From Fimicolochytrium jonesii (Eukaryota): a DNA stretch of 64,000 bases. Made by a program: the position numbers and the translations under genes. The DNA lies in NCBI RefSeq assembly GCF_025526975.1, contig NW_026515693.1, positions 1 to 64,000 on the forward strand, given 5' to 3'. This document shows, piece by piece, positions 24,573 to 37,171 of the stretch; position 1 is the first letter of the stretch; every line of letters begins with the position of its first letter. The notes below the pieces were generated by a model. It saw only the letters and a list, made by a program, of their open reading frames with translations. It ran no database searches and was not told the DNA's origin.

Positions 24573-27298
24573 ATGCTTGAGGGACCCTCTACAGCCCGGG
24601 TGGCGGTGGCCGGAATAGCGTCCGTGATCACTACGATTTTCGAGAAATACGTTCTTTTGATCTTCCCATTTCCACCACTTCTTCTTCTTATGCAGCAGGT
24701 GCGTTGTGTGGCGACGTTCGCTTAGAACCCGTTCCAGCGTGTCTCATCTTCCGTAATAGGGTGTAATTTTGGGGATCAGCCAGTGCGTCGTTGTTCCGAC
24801 CCGTCGCAATCGAACGCTTCTGCATGACCAAAGCAAACAAGAAAAGGGCGAGCGTAGCCATTCCGAAGACTATAATACGGCGCCTGCCTTGCGATCTCGA
24901 CGATATCTCACGATCGGCCTGCGTTGTGTTTGCACAGTGGCGACAATGACGGCCTTATGGCTTAACACCCTTCGAAATTTTCAGCTCTGTCTGCTCTGGA
25001 TTCCAGCGTTCGGGTGGATTCTCAATTACACGTTTTTCTCATCTCGCGCATCAGTATCTGGGTCTGCTCGATCATCCGCGATTTTGCCCATTACCATGCT
25101 CATAGCAGGTTTCAGTCTGTTGATCGACGGCGGATCGCGAATGGAAGCGCTTTGGACAGGGATATGGGCAGCGCTACTTATTGCGGTGACGGACGCGTAT
25201 ACAACACATTTCTCGCTCGAAGAAGATTCAAATGCGTTGCAGCAAGCTCAAGCTGCCGTACCGTACATGGCAGGCATCTCGCTGGTGCTCTCTGTATTCC
25301 AGTGGGGCTTGATGGATTCCTCAAACTTTAGCACATTGGTTATCGCGAGGAAGGATTTGTGGGCCGCTTGCGGGACATTAGGCGGTTGTGCCGCCGTATG
25401 GGCAGTATCGCTCTATCTCTCTGCCCAAATTCAAATCGGAGGCCACAGCGAAGCCTTTTCGAGTCACGCACAAGCTTTATGTGTGATTCTGTACACCTTC
25501 TTCAGCCATGGAACGGGAGTCGCGTCTTCGTATGACCGAGGGTTGAAAGACGCTTTTGGTTTGCTGCTGGTAGTTCTTGGGATGGGCATCGATATATGGG
25601 CTAAGAAGCATCAAAGCCAGGAGATTAGGTAAGGACGGGCGTGTAAGTCTTGAGGGCTGGCAAGAGTCGTTTTAGACGGCCATTCATTCTCGCCATAGTT
25701 CCTTCCCACTCTAATATTTGTTCTGTCTCCTTTGGGTTCCGTTTGGATTACAATCAACTTCCAGTCTTCCTCGGTCAGCCGCCGCTATCGAGCGAAATCG
25801 GAAAGTCGGATTATTAAATATCATAGTTATAGTAATCCTCGGAGGTGCCTGCGGACGAGTCTTTCTAGGTCTTCTCAAGTAAGTTACAAGACGTCTACCA
25901 GGCTCTTCCTGGGCGAGAGGTTGACAACAACTTGCTGTCACTCAAACCCGCATGTCCCTTATTCGCATCGCGTTACAGTTCACATTCAATGGCGCCGTCT
26001 ACGGGCCGATCGCCGCCTCTAGACCACAGTAACAAGCTTGCCCTAAACATAAATCTTAGCGGCGGCGAGCATCTGAAACTCTATGTCCCGCCCTGTCCTC
26101 GCCTGGCGCCTGAAAGAGCGGAGCCAGCCAAGCATGTCAACTGCCCCACGGAAACACTTCCCTTCTTCAATCGATCGCGTAGTGATGAGCCACGAATGGT
26201 TCGTATGAAAGGGGTAGCAGCGCCCCGAAGACTCTTCGACGTGTTTTATTTCAATACTGAAATGGAGATGCTCGACATCCGTCTGATGACTCTCTGGAAT
26301 GTCGTGGACTATTTCGTCATAATGGAAGCAGGATTCACATATACGGGAAAGGACAAACCCTTTATCTTTGGAGAAATGAAGGACAATCGATACAGTGCAT
26401 TCAAGAGTAAGATAATTCACATTCCCGTAGCCAACATGGATACGCCGGTAGACGATGGATTGCCGGATATACCCGCAAGTGGGGCCAGCAATGATTGGAA
26501 GCGTGAAAACGCCGTTCGCGATTACCTTCTCCGACAAGGCTTGAAAGCTGCGAGCCCTGCCGATGGCGACATTGTTGTGGTATCGGATCTGGATGAGATA
26601 CCGCGCCCGGACTATTTGCAGACTCTTAAGACTTGTCATGGTTGGGAAACCGTTTCCAAGCGCAAGGACAGGATTTGCATGAAAAGCGACATGTTCTACT
26701 ACAATTTTGAATGGATGCAGCCACATACGGCGTGGTGGCACCCTGACGTATACGTGTGGAAGGGGGACGGAACCATTCGAGGTACCTCCCGATGGGAGGG
26801 ACATCAATCCACCGAGGACATTGCATGCATAGATCATGCCGCGTGGCATTGCTCATATTGCTTTCCCACCATGGACTACTTGATTGACAGTAAGTCTCAG
26901 GAGTACCCACAACAAAGCGGTCACTGGTATTGAATCTCATCATATCGCATATATGCTCTGCATAGAACTCGGGTCCTTTTCTCATCAGGAAATGAACACT
27001 GAGCGCAATCGCAGTCCGCGTTGGATTCTCGGTAGCATGCTATCGGGCCATAATGTGTGGGATGAGGACGGGCATCCTTCCAATCAAAAGGTAAGAGAAC
27101 TCCTGGGGCAATCGAGTGACATACACCTTTACTGATCGCAGGTCATCTCACAAGGTTGCACCAAACTCTCCGACGTGGGTGGCCACGAATCCGGACTGTT
27201 ACGCGCACCTAATTGACCGTCGCTACGGGCTTACTGAACCATTGTGGTGGGAAGTTGGCAAATGGGGTGCTAATCAACTTGGACGACCGCTTTTGTGA
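24573..27298 (+). CDS. Divergent DMT/nucleotide-sugar-transporter-like domain probably fused to a GT17 (MGAT3-like) domain
   Basis: Multi-TM region 24573-25628; intron 25629-25763 leads in frame to TM VGLLNIIVIVILGG; intron about 25878-25978 leads to GT17 motifs FNTEMEMLDIRL, VVDYFVIME, VSDLDEIP, AWHCSYCF, SFSHQE. Confidence 0.7.
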
Positions 27299-27679
27299 TG
27301 TGATGGGCCGCAAATAGCGAGGCAGACGATGCAGCTTGGAACATTGGGAAGCTAAATGAAATGGACGAATTCCATTTGCCGTAATGGCGGATTCCCGCGC
27401 TGGAAGTTTGTTTCAGTGTTGTTGTAGACTTCGAAACCTCCTGAACAGATTTATCATTAGGACTTCGAGCCTCTCCTCATGCGAGATGGACCGTTATCGA
27501 TGCTGTGTATGTAATAGGTTGATTTAAGCCAAGCCTCCCGGTTTACTATAAAACAAATTTTGCCGAGCTTCCTTCGTTGAAAGTAAAACCAGAGGGCAAC
27601 ATGCAGATGGTGCGCACGCCTCATGTCATTGTATATATAGATCACGATAGCATACTTGACCCGAATTGACAGTGGTAGT

Positions 27680-29296
27680 TGCCGTCCTTGTTCGCGCGTC
27701 GCCAGCGCTTCAAACACTCCGCCCGCCGTAGACTCTCTTCCCCATTGCGCCGCCCAAAAAGTTCACCCACTGCACCTACAATGGCCTCTCCTTGCTGGAC
27801 ACGCCGCGGGTCACCCCCAGCTTCTCCCCACCCGAACCCGGGCACTCCTTCTTCGAGGCTCTCTCAGTCTGACGTCGTTACACTTTGACGCTCCCCGCGC
27901 TTCAGTGGGCGCACCCCTAGCATTCCACATCCATCAATAGATCCAGCACTTGGGGAGCAGAAAAAATGCCAGTCTTGCAAAAGCAGTTGGCAATTGGGAT
28001 GGGGGTAACGTAGCTCCACGCCTCACTGACAAGCTCTGTGCACGCATGCAGATCTATCGGCACCTTCTGCGTATCGACAACATTGCCGCGCCAATGTTGG
28101 CATCAATTTTGTTTATCCATACCCTCATGAGTAGCTTCCGGTAGTTGCTTTTAAGGTTTCGAATAATTCCAGCATCCATTGGCTGCAATATGGATGTGGT
28201 GTTTGGTGGGAGCGGATGGAGATTGATCGTCTGCAGGCGGGGTTGAAGCTCTTCAGCTTTGCCGTGGCCAGGAAAGTTGTCAAACAGAAACAACACGGGG
28301 CGCTGCAAAGATTCATCCCAATTCAAGAGAAATTCCTCCCCAATCTGGGAAGTCATCCACCCCTTTTTGCTGTTTCGATAAATGACGCTCATTGGTTTGT
28401 TTCTGAATGCTCGAGGATGGGCAGATTGGCCGATGACAAGGGGCAATTCCTTGTGGGAGCCGGTAGCGTTGCTGAGGAAGAGCACAGTCACCCGCTCTTT
28501 TGAGAGCTTTGTGCCGCTTGTGAGGCCATGTGCAAGATGGTATTTGGGGGCAACTTCCAGAATAAGCCTGTCTCGTCTGCGTTGTAGACATCATTTGGAT
28601 CCCACTCTGCAAGAAGCTGTTGCAGTTCCCGTCGACTTGCTGAAACCAGGTCTGTATCAACGGAGGCAGCTTCCCCATGCAGTTTGGACCGCTTGAGCCC
28701 GTGGCGCTCCCTGAAGCTCTGGGTCCAGCCATGGGAAGTTTCCAACGGGGGAAGTGGAGTGTATTCCCGAAATAAGGTGTAGAGGAATGTTGCCTTCATA
28801 TCGAGCAATCAGTCGGTGGCACCATGCCAGGAGACCTTTCTCAACAAGAGGAAGCGGCGTTCGACGTTTTTCGGCACTGGCAGGGGTTAGATTCTCAATG
28901 GCTTCAGTGATGTTGGGACCTCTTTGGCGGATTCTGGTGACGTTACTGGGAGCCACGCCAAGATTGCGGGCTAGGGTTGAGGGTTTGACACCATTTTCAA
29001 GTTGCTGAAGCACTTCATGTTGTTGACTGAGTGGCAGAAGGACTCTGGGTTTCTTATTGCGCTTTTTTGGAGTTCGGGAGGACTATATGTCGAGATGCTA
29101 GTAGAACAAGCTGATTCCGACACAGTGAATGCGTTGAGGTCAGTTGCTCGTTCCAGAACAGCCAAGATCAGTACAGAGTTGCAGTGCGGTGATTGCCGTG
29201 ATGATGCTCGCAATTGCGTAGGGAAGGAAGGAGCATTAGGCCGCGCGTCTAGAGCTCTTCCGTCAACTGAAATTTCCGTCAACTGAGACGTGACTG
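27680..29296 (-). mobile_element. pogo/Tigger-type DNA transposon relic (HTH and DDE_1), frameshifted
   Basis: VYNADETGLFWK, GWMTS, LFDNFPGH, LPPNTTSILQPMDAG; candidate 5' TIR TA-CAGTCACGTCTCAGTTGACGG ending at 29296; second TIR not found. Confidence 0.85.
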
Positions 29297-29419
29297 TATG
29301 TACGTAACCTTTGGCCGCGTAACCATATCAGCCTCGGTATCGCAGGTATCGCGGCTTTGATATCCGCAGTTTCTGCATCGAACCTGCATTAACACGCCCC
29401 ACACTACATTATACATATC

Positions 29420-30991
29420 ATGACCCAAAGACTGGAACGTGCGCTGTTCCTTCACGGGCGACTTCGCCCAAACCTATTGTTCGCGAATCTACTGCTGTTA
29501 TGCATCGTGATTGGGCTATATCTCCATCTTGCTGGACAGAGCCATTTATGGAGCTCTGGAACTGTGGTCAGTCATCCCCCCGGTGCGAACTCTTTGAATG
29601 TATGTAAAGTGGTAGATTATCTACACTTCAATTTACGTGTCTGACTGGCTGACACTATCCTAGTCGTTGGCTCCGATCAATTTACAGAGTCCCAACTCCG
29701 ATGCCGAAGTTCGGCGAAGGCGTTTCGACGCGCGCGTACATGAAGTTTTTGGAATCGCAGGGCAGGCGGCTTCTGGGCGGTCACATATAGCGTCGGAACA
29801 TGTTACACGACGATTGGGCATTAATCGCATGTTTCAGGACAGTGAGGCGCTGAATGTGCAGGCAAGAGCAGACCCTCCCTCTTTCCGCTGGGTGGTCTTC
29901 ACTTGCCACTGCGCGGGAGATATCGGCGGCCCGGACTGTATTTGTGGCGGTCTGGGTGATCGTTTGAAAGGCTGCGTCTCTGCGTACTATTACGGCGTTT
30001 TTACCAATCGAGCGTTCGCCATTAGCATGACGTTTCCGGATGACGTGCGAAGTTATCTTGTCCCCTCAAATTTGGATTGGAGCCTCGACCTCGCGAAACT
30101 TCACGGAAGAACCGAGGTGACAGTGAACTTGATTGATCCACCTGATGACGATAGGGCACTCCTGGATGGCCCTGACTCGTGGAACGACTACGATGTAGTC
30201 TATGTTCGGACCAACCGCGATCTTCTTAGCAAGATGCTCCAGAACCATTCATGGCAGCTTACAAGGGAGAAGTACTCATTGCAAAATTACCACCGCGAGA
30301 GTTTGGTAGGATCAGCGTTGCGAACACTTTTTCAAGCGTCCCCCAGAATGGAGCATATGCTTGAGAGTATCCGGAAGAGCATACCGAACTATCGGCGGCT
30401 CATCAAGATTGGCATTCAGTTCCGCGCTGGGGGACAAACTGGCGAGGGCGCATTTGAGCACGACACGGGCGGTCACAGAACCTCATTGGATATGGCGAAT
30501 TGCTTCATTGCTCGTGCTGTGCAATTTGCGCTGGACCGCCGCCTTCGAACAGATGAGGTCGTTTACTTCTTGACATCTGATCATGAAGCGATCCAAAGTC
30601 AGATGTCCGAGACCCTCAATGATTTGGGATACAAGACATTTACCACCACCGGTACGAGCCTTCTTCGATTCGCATCCGATAAGATGTGCAGTAATGAACA
30701 GTGTCCCATATTGCAGGCCCGTTGACACACATCGACAAGCCCGTTCACGAAGCTGGAGACCAATCACAAGAAATGAAACATCGGCGAACTTACATCGACT
30801 GGTTTCTTGAGGCGGAGATGGACTACCTTGTCATTTCCCGATCAGGTTTTGGAGAAACTGCTCATTTCTATACGCTGAATCCAACCGTACGGATAAGAAG
30901 CGTTGAGAACAACTGTGTGTTCGACAATTCTACCGACCACTCTTTATGGCCCGTCACTTCGAGCTCGAAAGGGGCCTTTATGACCGACTGA
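29420..30991 (+). CDS. Type II membrane GT-B fucosyltransferase-like protein (GT23/GT37-like), 3 exons
   Basis: TM anchor; CGGLGDRLKG, IGIQFRAG, YFLTSD, HIDK, DWFL...SRSGFG are fucosyltransferase-superfamily motifs. Confidence 0.75.
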
Positions 30992-31481
30992 TATAGTTGT
31001 TAGTGTTGATTTTGGTCTTGAACTGAGTGAATATATGGATTCCAGGACAACCCATTGGTATCACGGAGCCCTAAAAACCATGAACAGGAAAACTTCCGGT
31101 AGAAACGGACCACTCTGCGCTGTTGGCATTGGCACGGAGATCTGGCCGGAACGTGGGCGCGGTAGAGATACGCGCTCCAGGACTACCAGATGGAGATTAG
31201 GTACAAAGCTGGCAATTCTCGATCTCAGGCTGTCCCCGATTTCCTGTCGAGAGCTTTGCTGGAGGAGAAAAGGTCAATTGGGACCCAGACGGATGCAACT
31301 GAGGAAGTATCCGCCGAGAAGAGGAAGTGTTTGTGATGGAAGGAGACGGAGCAGTTGCTGAGGAAACCGAAGCAATCCCCCCTAGAAGGAGTGGTGACAA
31401 ACATTTCAAAATGCCACAATGTGCGAGCTGCTGCTGAATCTCAGCAGCAGATCACATGACCCACTAGTGACGACGCGCCGT

Positions 31482-31535
31482 TGCGAGTTTGGCGAGTTTG
31501 GCGAGTTTGGCGAAGTTGCACATTTGGCGAGGTTT
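31482..31535 (+). repeat. Short tandem repeat (GCGAGTTTG)n
   Basis: Three exact 9-bp units plus degenerate units. Confidence 0.7.
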
Positions 31536-31822
31536 GGACATATGGCGATAAGATGTGGGTGTCCAAACTAGCTTTGCTTCAACCTCCTACACACACCTTG
31601 GTTCTTGTCACAAGCCCAATTCTATGAACCCCAAGTACTTCCGAACAGCAGCGGGTTTTGGGACCCCTACAGTCTCCATCCAAGAGGGTGTTTTCATTCC
31701 CGGATGAGGGCAGCCAGCATGCACGAAGAAGCTAGGTGCAGGTAAAATATACCCAAACCTTGTTCACTTCTCAAGTCATCCCATTTACATTCCCCGTTGC
31801 AGATTTTGCAATCCAAGGAGTC

Positions 31823-32063
31823 TGTTAGAAGCTCTGGGAGTCCCAAAGTTTCAGTTCAGTTAGCGGTAGAGCGGACTATGAGCTGAACTCTATGTAAGGG
31901 GAGACAAAGCCCTATATTGTATATGAAGTTATACAGTGTTGTCTTTGTTGTAGAAAAGAGGACGCAAGGTCCGTGAAGTCAGAAAAGGTTGAAGTCCCGT
32001 ACGCGGAAGGGTGGCGTAAGCGGAAGGGAAGTGACATGAGGAAATAAACTACTAGAAACCCTA
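31823..32063 (-). mobile_element. Partial LTR related to the Copia A LTR, interrupted by Gypsy B
   Basis: Reverse complement aligns with about 3315-3520 (GACAACACTGTATAACTTC...TACAATATAGGGCTT) and ends in ...CTAACA. Confidence 0.75.
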
Positions 32064-33171
32064 TGTTATAAACGACGCGTTCATCCCGTTATCAACAGCT
32101 GTCACTTGGTCACAGCGGTTTCAGCGGTTGACAGCTGTCACTGCCAAGAACATGTCAAACGTCGCTCATGCCCCACGCTCCCCTCTCATTTGCCCTATCC
32201 CCACCTCTCCGCAACCTCGCCGCTCCTCCTCAATGACAAACAAGAACCAGCTCATCTGTGAGGTCATCTGTGAGCTAATCTCTTGTCATTTGTCAACCCA
32301 CACTACTTCTCCACACCCAGCTTTAGCTATGCTCAGGATGTTCGCTACGCACCGCTAAGCTTGCTCAAGGCTGGGGAGCATAGCTGTCACTCACCAGGTC
32401 ACCTCTTGTTGTTGTTCTTCGCTTTGCTGGCTTGCTTATGTAAAAATAGCCCCCCCCCCCCCCCCCCGTTCTTTGTGCATTCCCTTCTTCCCCAGCAAAA
32501 CAGCACCAGTTACTTCCAGTACATCTTCTTGTCTTGCTCTTCTTATCAATACATCAGTCTACATCCCAGTTCCTCGCTTCCTCGCTTGCCGGCTCTTGAT
32601 TGTAACAGTTTGCTTTGCTCCCAACAACTCTCTGAACCCGCTCAGTTCTTGCCAAGCTCTCCTATGCCACGTCCATAGAAACCGCGTCCACCAGCATTAC
32701 TCTCAAAGCATGGAATGCGATGTGCAAAGCAGTCACCCGGCTCCAAACCCAGGATGTCAATTTGCACCCAAATGTGGTACAAGCCAACGTGCTGCTCCAG
32801 CTACTGCCGCCCAGGAAACAAGAGATCCCAAGCCAAGGATGTGATGTGGACTACCTTCCACACGGGTTGTTTGCCTGATGTTCGTATACAATAACTACTT
32901 TGCTGTAAGGTATTGTAGACGGACTGGGTGTTCGTTGGCTCTGCTATGCGATATGTAGTAGAAGAACTACTTGTTGTGCATAGGAACGCGCGACGAGCAC
33001 TGTTAAAGTACCCATGAGGTCGGAGTCCACTGGAGAACACGTTCCAGTGAGGCATTAAAAGAATTAAAACCTCGATTCCACTGGAGAACACTGTGTGTGA
33101 CATGTCTTGCACTCCTAGCGAGACATATCTCGCCCGACACGTCGTTCTCCAACTAGACCGGACAACCCACA

Positions 33172-36100
33172 TTAGGGTTTTCCATGGACAAACCTACGTC
33201 CGATAATCTTATCAACATAGTACTCTTCCTTGCTCTTGACTTGGACGGGCTCTGGGTTAGAGTCCTCTACACCGTCGATGCGCAGCGGATCTGAAGTCGG
33301 CTCGTGCCAAGGCTTCAAGATATCCGTATGGAAGACCGGGTATAAAGCGCCCATTAAAGCTGGCAGCTCTAACTCGTACGTTTCCGGGTGTGGTCCTTTC
33401 TTCTTCACGATGAAGGATCCCAGCTAGCTCTCTCTAAACTTGAGCGGCTTCTTATTGAAAGCAGGGATCGTTATCCCGTCGCTGTTCAACAGGACTTTAT
33501 CTCCTGGACGAAAGCTCTGTACACGACGTCCACGATCGTGATACTTTGCTTGTTTGTCCTGGGCTTCCCGCATCTTCTGCTGCACTATGAGCTCAATGGA
33601 TTGGTATGCCTCAGCACGCTTCTCCATCTGTCTGATGAGCTCACGTCGTGACTCATGCAAGAATGGGGTGGACGTATCGTCCTTACGTTGCAACACCTTT
33701 GTGTTAACTTGCCAATGCATTGGCGCCTGCGGAATTCTACCCAAAACAACCTCGAAAGGGCAGTATCCAGTGCTGTTCTGCGTACGGTTGTAGGCAAACT
33801 CCAACATCGGCAGTTTGTCAACCCAATCATCTCCCGTTACATGAAGGTACGGTTTAGTCATCTTCTTCAAGATAGAGTTACACCGTTCGACCTTTCCGTC
33901 CGTCTGTTGGTGTCGTGCCGTGCACAAGCTCTGCTTAGAGCCCAACAACGATTGAAACGCCTTCCAAAAGTCTGCCAGGTAGTGGGGATTTCGATCTCCG
34001 ACAATCACAGCTGCAGTACCTGTATGGCGCCATACCTCACGGAAGTAAAGCTGGGCCAACTCCTTGGCAGTTATCGTGGATTTTGCAGGGATAAAGTATG
34101 CGCGCCCTGACAGATAGTCAATGAAGACAATAATACTGTCGTAAAACGCATCACTATGCACCTTCCCCCCCACGACCGTGTTATTGGCATCGAGACAGGA
34201 TCCATACCCATCGTGTGCCAACATCGGTCGGGAACTGGGAGCGAACAAAGTAAGCCAACACGCTTATTGTTCGGCGACTTGAACCTTTGGCAAGACCCAC
34301 AAGTCTTGATGTACCTTCGCATGTCCGCGTCCATATTGGGCCAGTAAAACTCACGTAGGAGCTTGCCCAATGTACCTTGTACCCCCGTATGCGAGCCAGA
34401 GAGCAACGAGTCATGGTACGCCTGCAATACAGTTCCTCGTAAAGCAGCTGGCACATAGAACTTATCGTGGTACGCCTGCAATACAGTTCCTCGTAAAGCA
34501 GCTGGCACATAGAACTTATCTGGTACAGTAAACGACCATAGTCATCGATCGAAAAACGGCAATCGAATGTAGACTGTCGTTCCTTCGGCTGTGACAGCGC
34601 CTCTTTCCGCAAAGCAAAGTACTCATCAGCCTCCAAGGTTCGTATCCAATCCTCAAGCGTAACATTCCCCAAAGGAATATACTCAACGGACATCCCCATG
34701 GCCGCAGCGATTTCCACTCGCTTGTTACACTCGGCGCAGCGAGGAGCATAATAAGGATTACGACTCAACACATCCGCGACAGTGTTCCAGCGACCAGGTT
34801 GATATTCAATATCAAATTTGAATTGTTGCAGGAATTCAACCCATCGTGCTTGGCGATGGCTGAGGAAGGGCTGTGTCTGCAGCCAGACCAAACTAGCGTG
34901 ATCGGTGAACGCACAAAACGGGCGGTCATTTGTCCGATCCTGCAAGTAATGCCTATTCGCCTTGCATATGCTAACCAGAGCCAATAGCTCCTGTTCGTGC
35001 ACGGGGTAACGTGTTTCAGCGGGTTGCATCTTCCGCCCAAAGAAAGCTATCGGCTTTAACGGTGGCAGATTCTTAAATCCCTTCACTGAGGTAGGCAACG
35101 GTGATGGGTAATGCTCCGATGGATCTGACGGCTGGGCGAGCCATCCTCCTATTGCAAAACCCGATGCATCCGTGAACACGTATAAATCTCGCTCCGGGTC
35201 GTAAGACGCGAGCGTAGGAGCTGTAATAATAGCTTCCTTCAGCTTAACAAAAGCCGTCTCTTTGACATTGCCCCAGTGCCAAGGCCTTTTGCCCGACTGT
35301 AGCTCTGTCAATGAATACGCGATGCATGCATAACGATCGACATATTGACTCAGGTAATTTGTCAACCCTAAGAAAGATTGGACCTCTTTCTGTTTCGTAG
35401 GACGTGCAAAGTTTCGCACGGTGTCCAATTTCGAGGGTGCAATGGCCATCGTATCCTCCCCCAGGACATGGCCGCAGAATTCAAGCTCTTTCTGCATCCA
35501 TTTGCACTTGGACGGCTTAACATAGAGTTTGTGCTCGGCGAGAACAGCCAAAACGCTGTCCACATGAGCGATGTGCTCCTCGGCCGTTTCCGAGAAGATT
35601 AAGATATCATCCAGGTAAGATATGACATACGCATCGTACATCTTCCCCAATATCTTATTGGTTAACCGTTGGAACGTTGCTGGCGCATTCGTCAACCCAA
35701 ATGGCAAAACCAAGTACTCAAAATGACCAAACCGCGTCCGAAACGCTGTTTTGTCTCTATCAGCCTTGCGAACCAAGAGGCGGTGATACGCATCTTTGAT
35801 ATCAAACAAAGACTTGAACTTCTTTCCACGTACCCGATCCCGCATCTCTGCAAGATTTGGTAACGGCGTATGATCCTTTATCGTTGCTTTATTCAGCCCA
35901 CGATAGTCGATGCACATACGGAGACTGCCATCCTTTTTCTTAGCAAATAACACTGCCGTGCCCCACGGGCTCTGCGAGTGTTGAATCCAACCACGCTCAA
36001 GCATGAGGGTAACCTTCTCATTTAGCTCTTTGAGTTCGGCTTCGCTCATATGTCGTAAAGGATTATAGACTGGTTTCGTACCAGGCTCCAGCTCAATATG

Positions 36101-37171
36101 GAAATCATCCTCTCCTCTATCGGGCGGCAACTCGGCGTGCTCGACAAACAAACTATCCACGTACTTCTCGAAAGTTGGGTAAAGAAGGTGATCCGATGGC
36201 ACGCCCAAATCAACCTTCTGTCCTGTAGCTTCGCACATTTGAACCTCTGGCTCTGGTTCGGCGCGATCGCGTTCATCTGTGGGGACATAAGCTGGTGACG
36301 CATTCACTGCAGCTTCTATGTCCATAACGTATGCTATGTAACACTTCCCATACACCTTTTTTCGAGATAAGCAAGTGAACTTCTGATAGGTTACAATCCC
36401 TGCACTCGAGTCTTCTCGTTCAGGCATCGCCGCCTTGAATCTTTTAGACTTCTTTCTGATGTCAAAGGACCGCAGATCGGCCGCATTACAGGACGACTGG
36501 GATTCCAATTTCCTAGTTACTGGTCTGGCAACCAGGGTATGTTCAACTTCATCTGCACGGAATCGTAGAACAGGAATCTCGTCTTCTATGTGCTCGAAAC
36601 GAACATCGTCAAGCATATAGATCCATGGCAATCCCAGAATAACATCTACCCGCGGGGGGGCAACCACAAATGGAAGCGCTTCTCGCGAGTAGTGTCGTTC
36701 AGCTCCCCATAACCGAAGATCGCCACAAAATAACCTGTTGGCGTTGAATGTATGGCCGTCGTCGCCCCAGGCGACATCAATGGGCATTTCAGGGTTATAG
36801 GTTTGGAAACCATGTTTCGACACCCATCCCTGACGTACCATCAGTGTTGTGCATCCCGTATCGATCAGAATGCGGCAAAACTTGCCATTCAACCTGCCAT
36901 GAACTACAAATGCACAGCGTGCGATCAACGCATCGGGTTGCAGTTGCAGTGCTTCAGGCCTAGTCTTCAAAACGGTCTCAGTGTCGTCTGGCTGGCACAG
37001 GCGCGCCCCCGCAGCAGACGTATTGCCACAATCAACTAGTATACCATCAGCGGACTCAGGGCGTATAGCCTCAAGCTCCTCTTCAATGGACATCATTGCA
37101 CAATGAGACGAATAAACGGTGTCTTTATTAAACGTCTCTACTGAGAACCCTTTTTCTGACCAGCGCCCCAA
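33172..37171 (-). pseudogene. Element C pol (PR-RT-RH-INT-chromodomain), disrupted
   Basis: LIDTG, RMCIDYRGLN, PFGLTNAPATF, YLDD, TDAS, ELLA, HQQTDGKVER; frameshifts near 34520 and 34170, stop near 33424, chromodomain cut at the LTR. Confidence 0.92.

Noticed and set aside
25712..25714. TAA inside the apparent transporter-GT17 frame, suggesting stop-codon reassignment
   Set aside because: Other genes end normally in TAA (19559, 22225), and an acceptor at 25763 bypasses it.
26043..26849. 268-aa antisense ORF and similar shadow ORFs
   Set aside because: They overlap well-supported genes on the opposite strand and show no motifs.
32608..32622. Tf1-like self-priming site pairing with GGGAGCATAGC in the LTR
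   Set aside because: The match is imperfect, weaker in the second LTR, and lies upstream of the likely TATA box.
37138..37171. Programmed -1 gag-pol frameshift
   Set aside because: Frames overlap by -1, but there is no canonical slippery heptamer and the element is degenerate.
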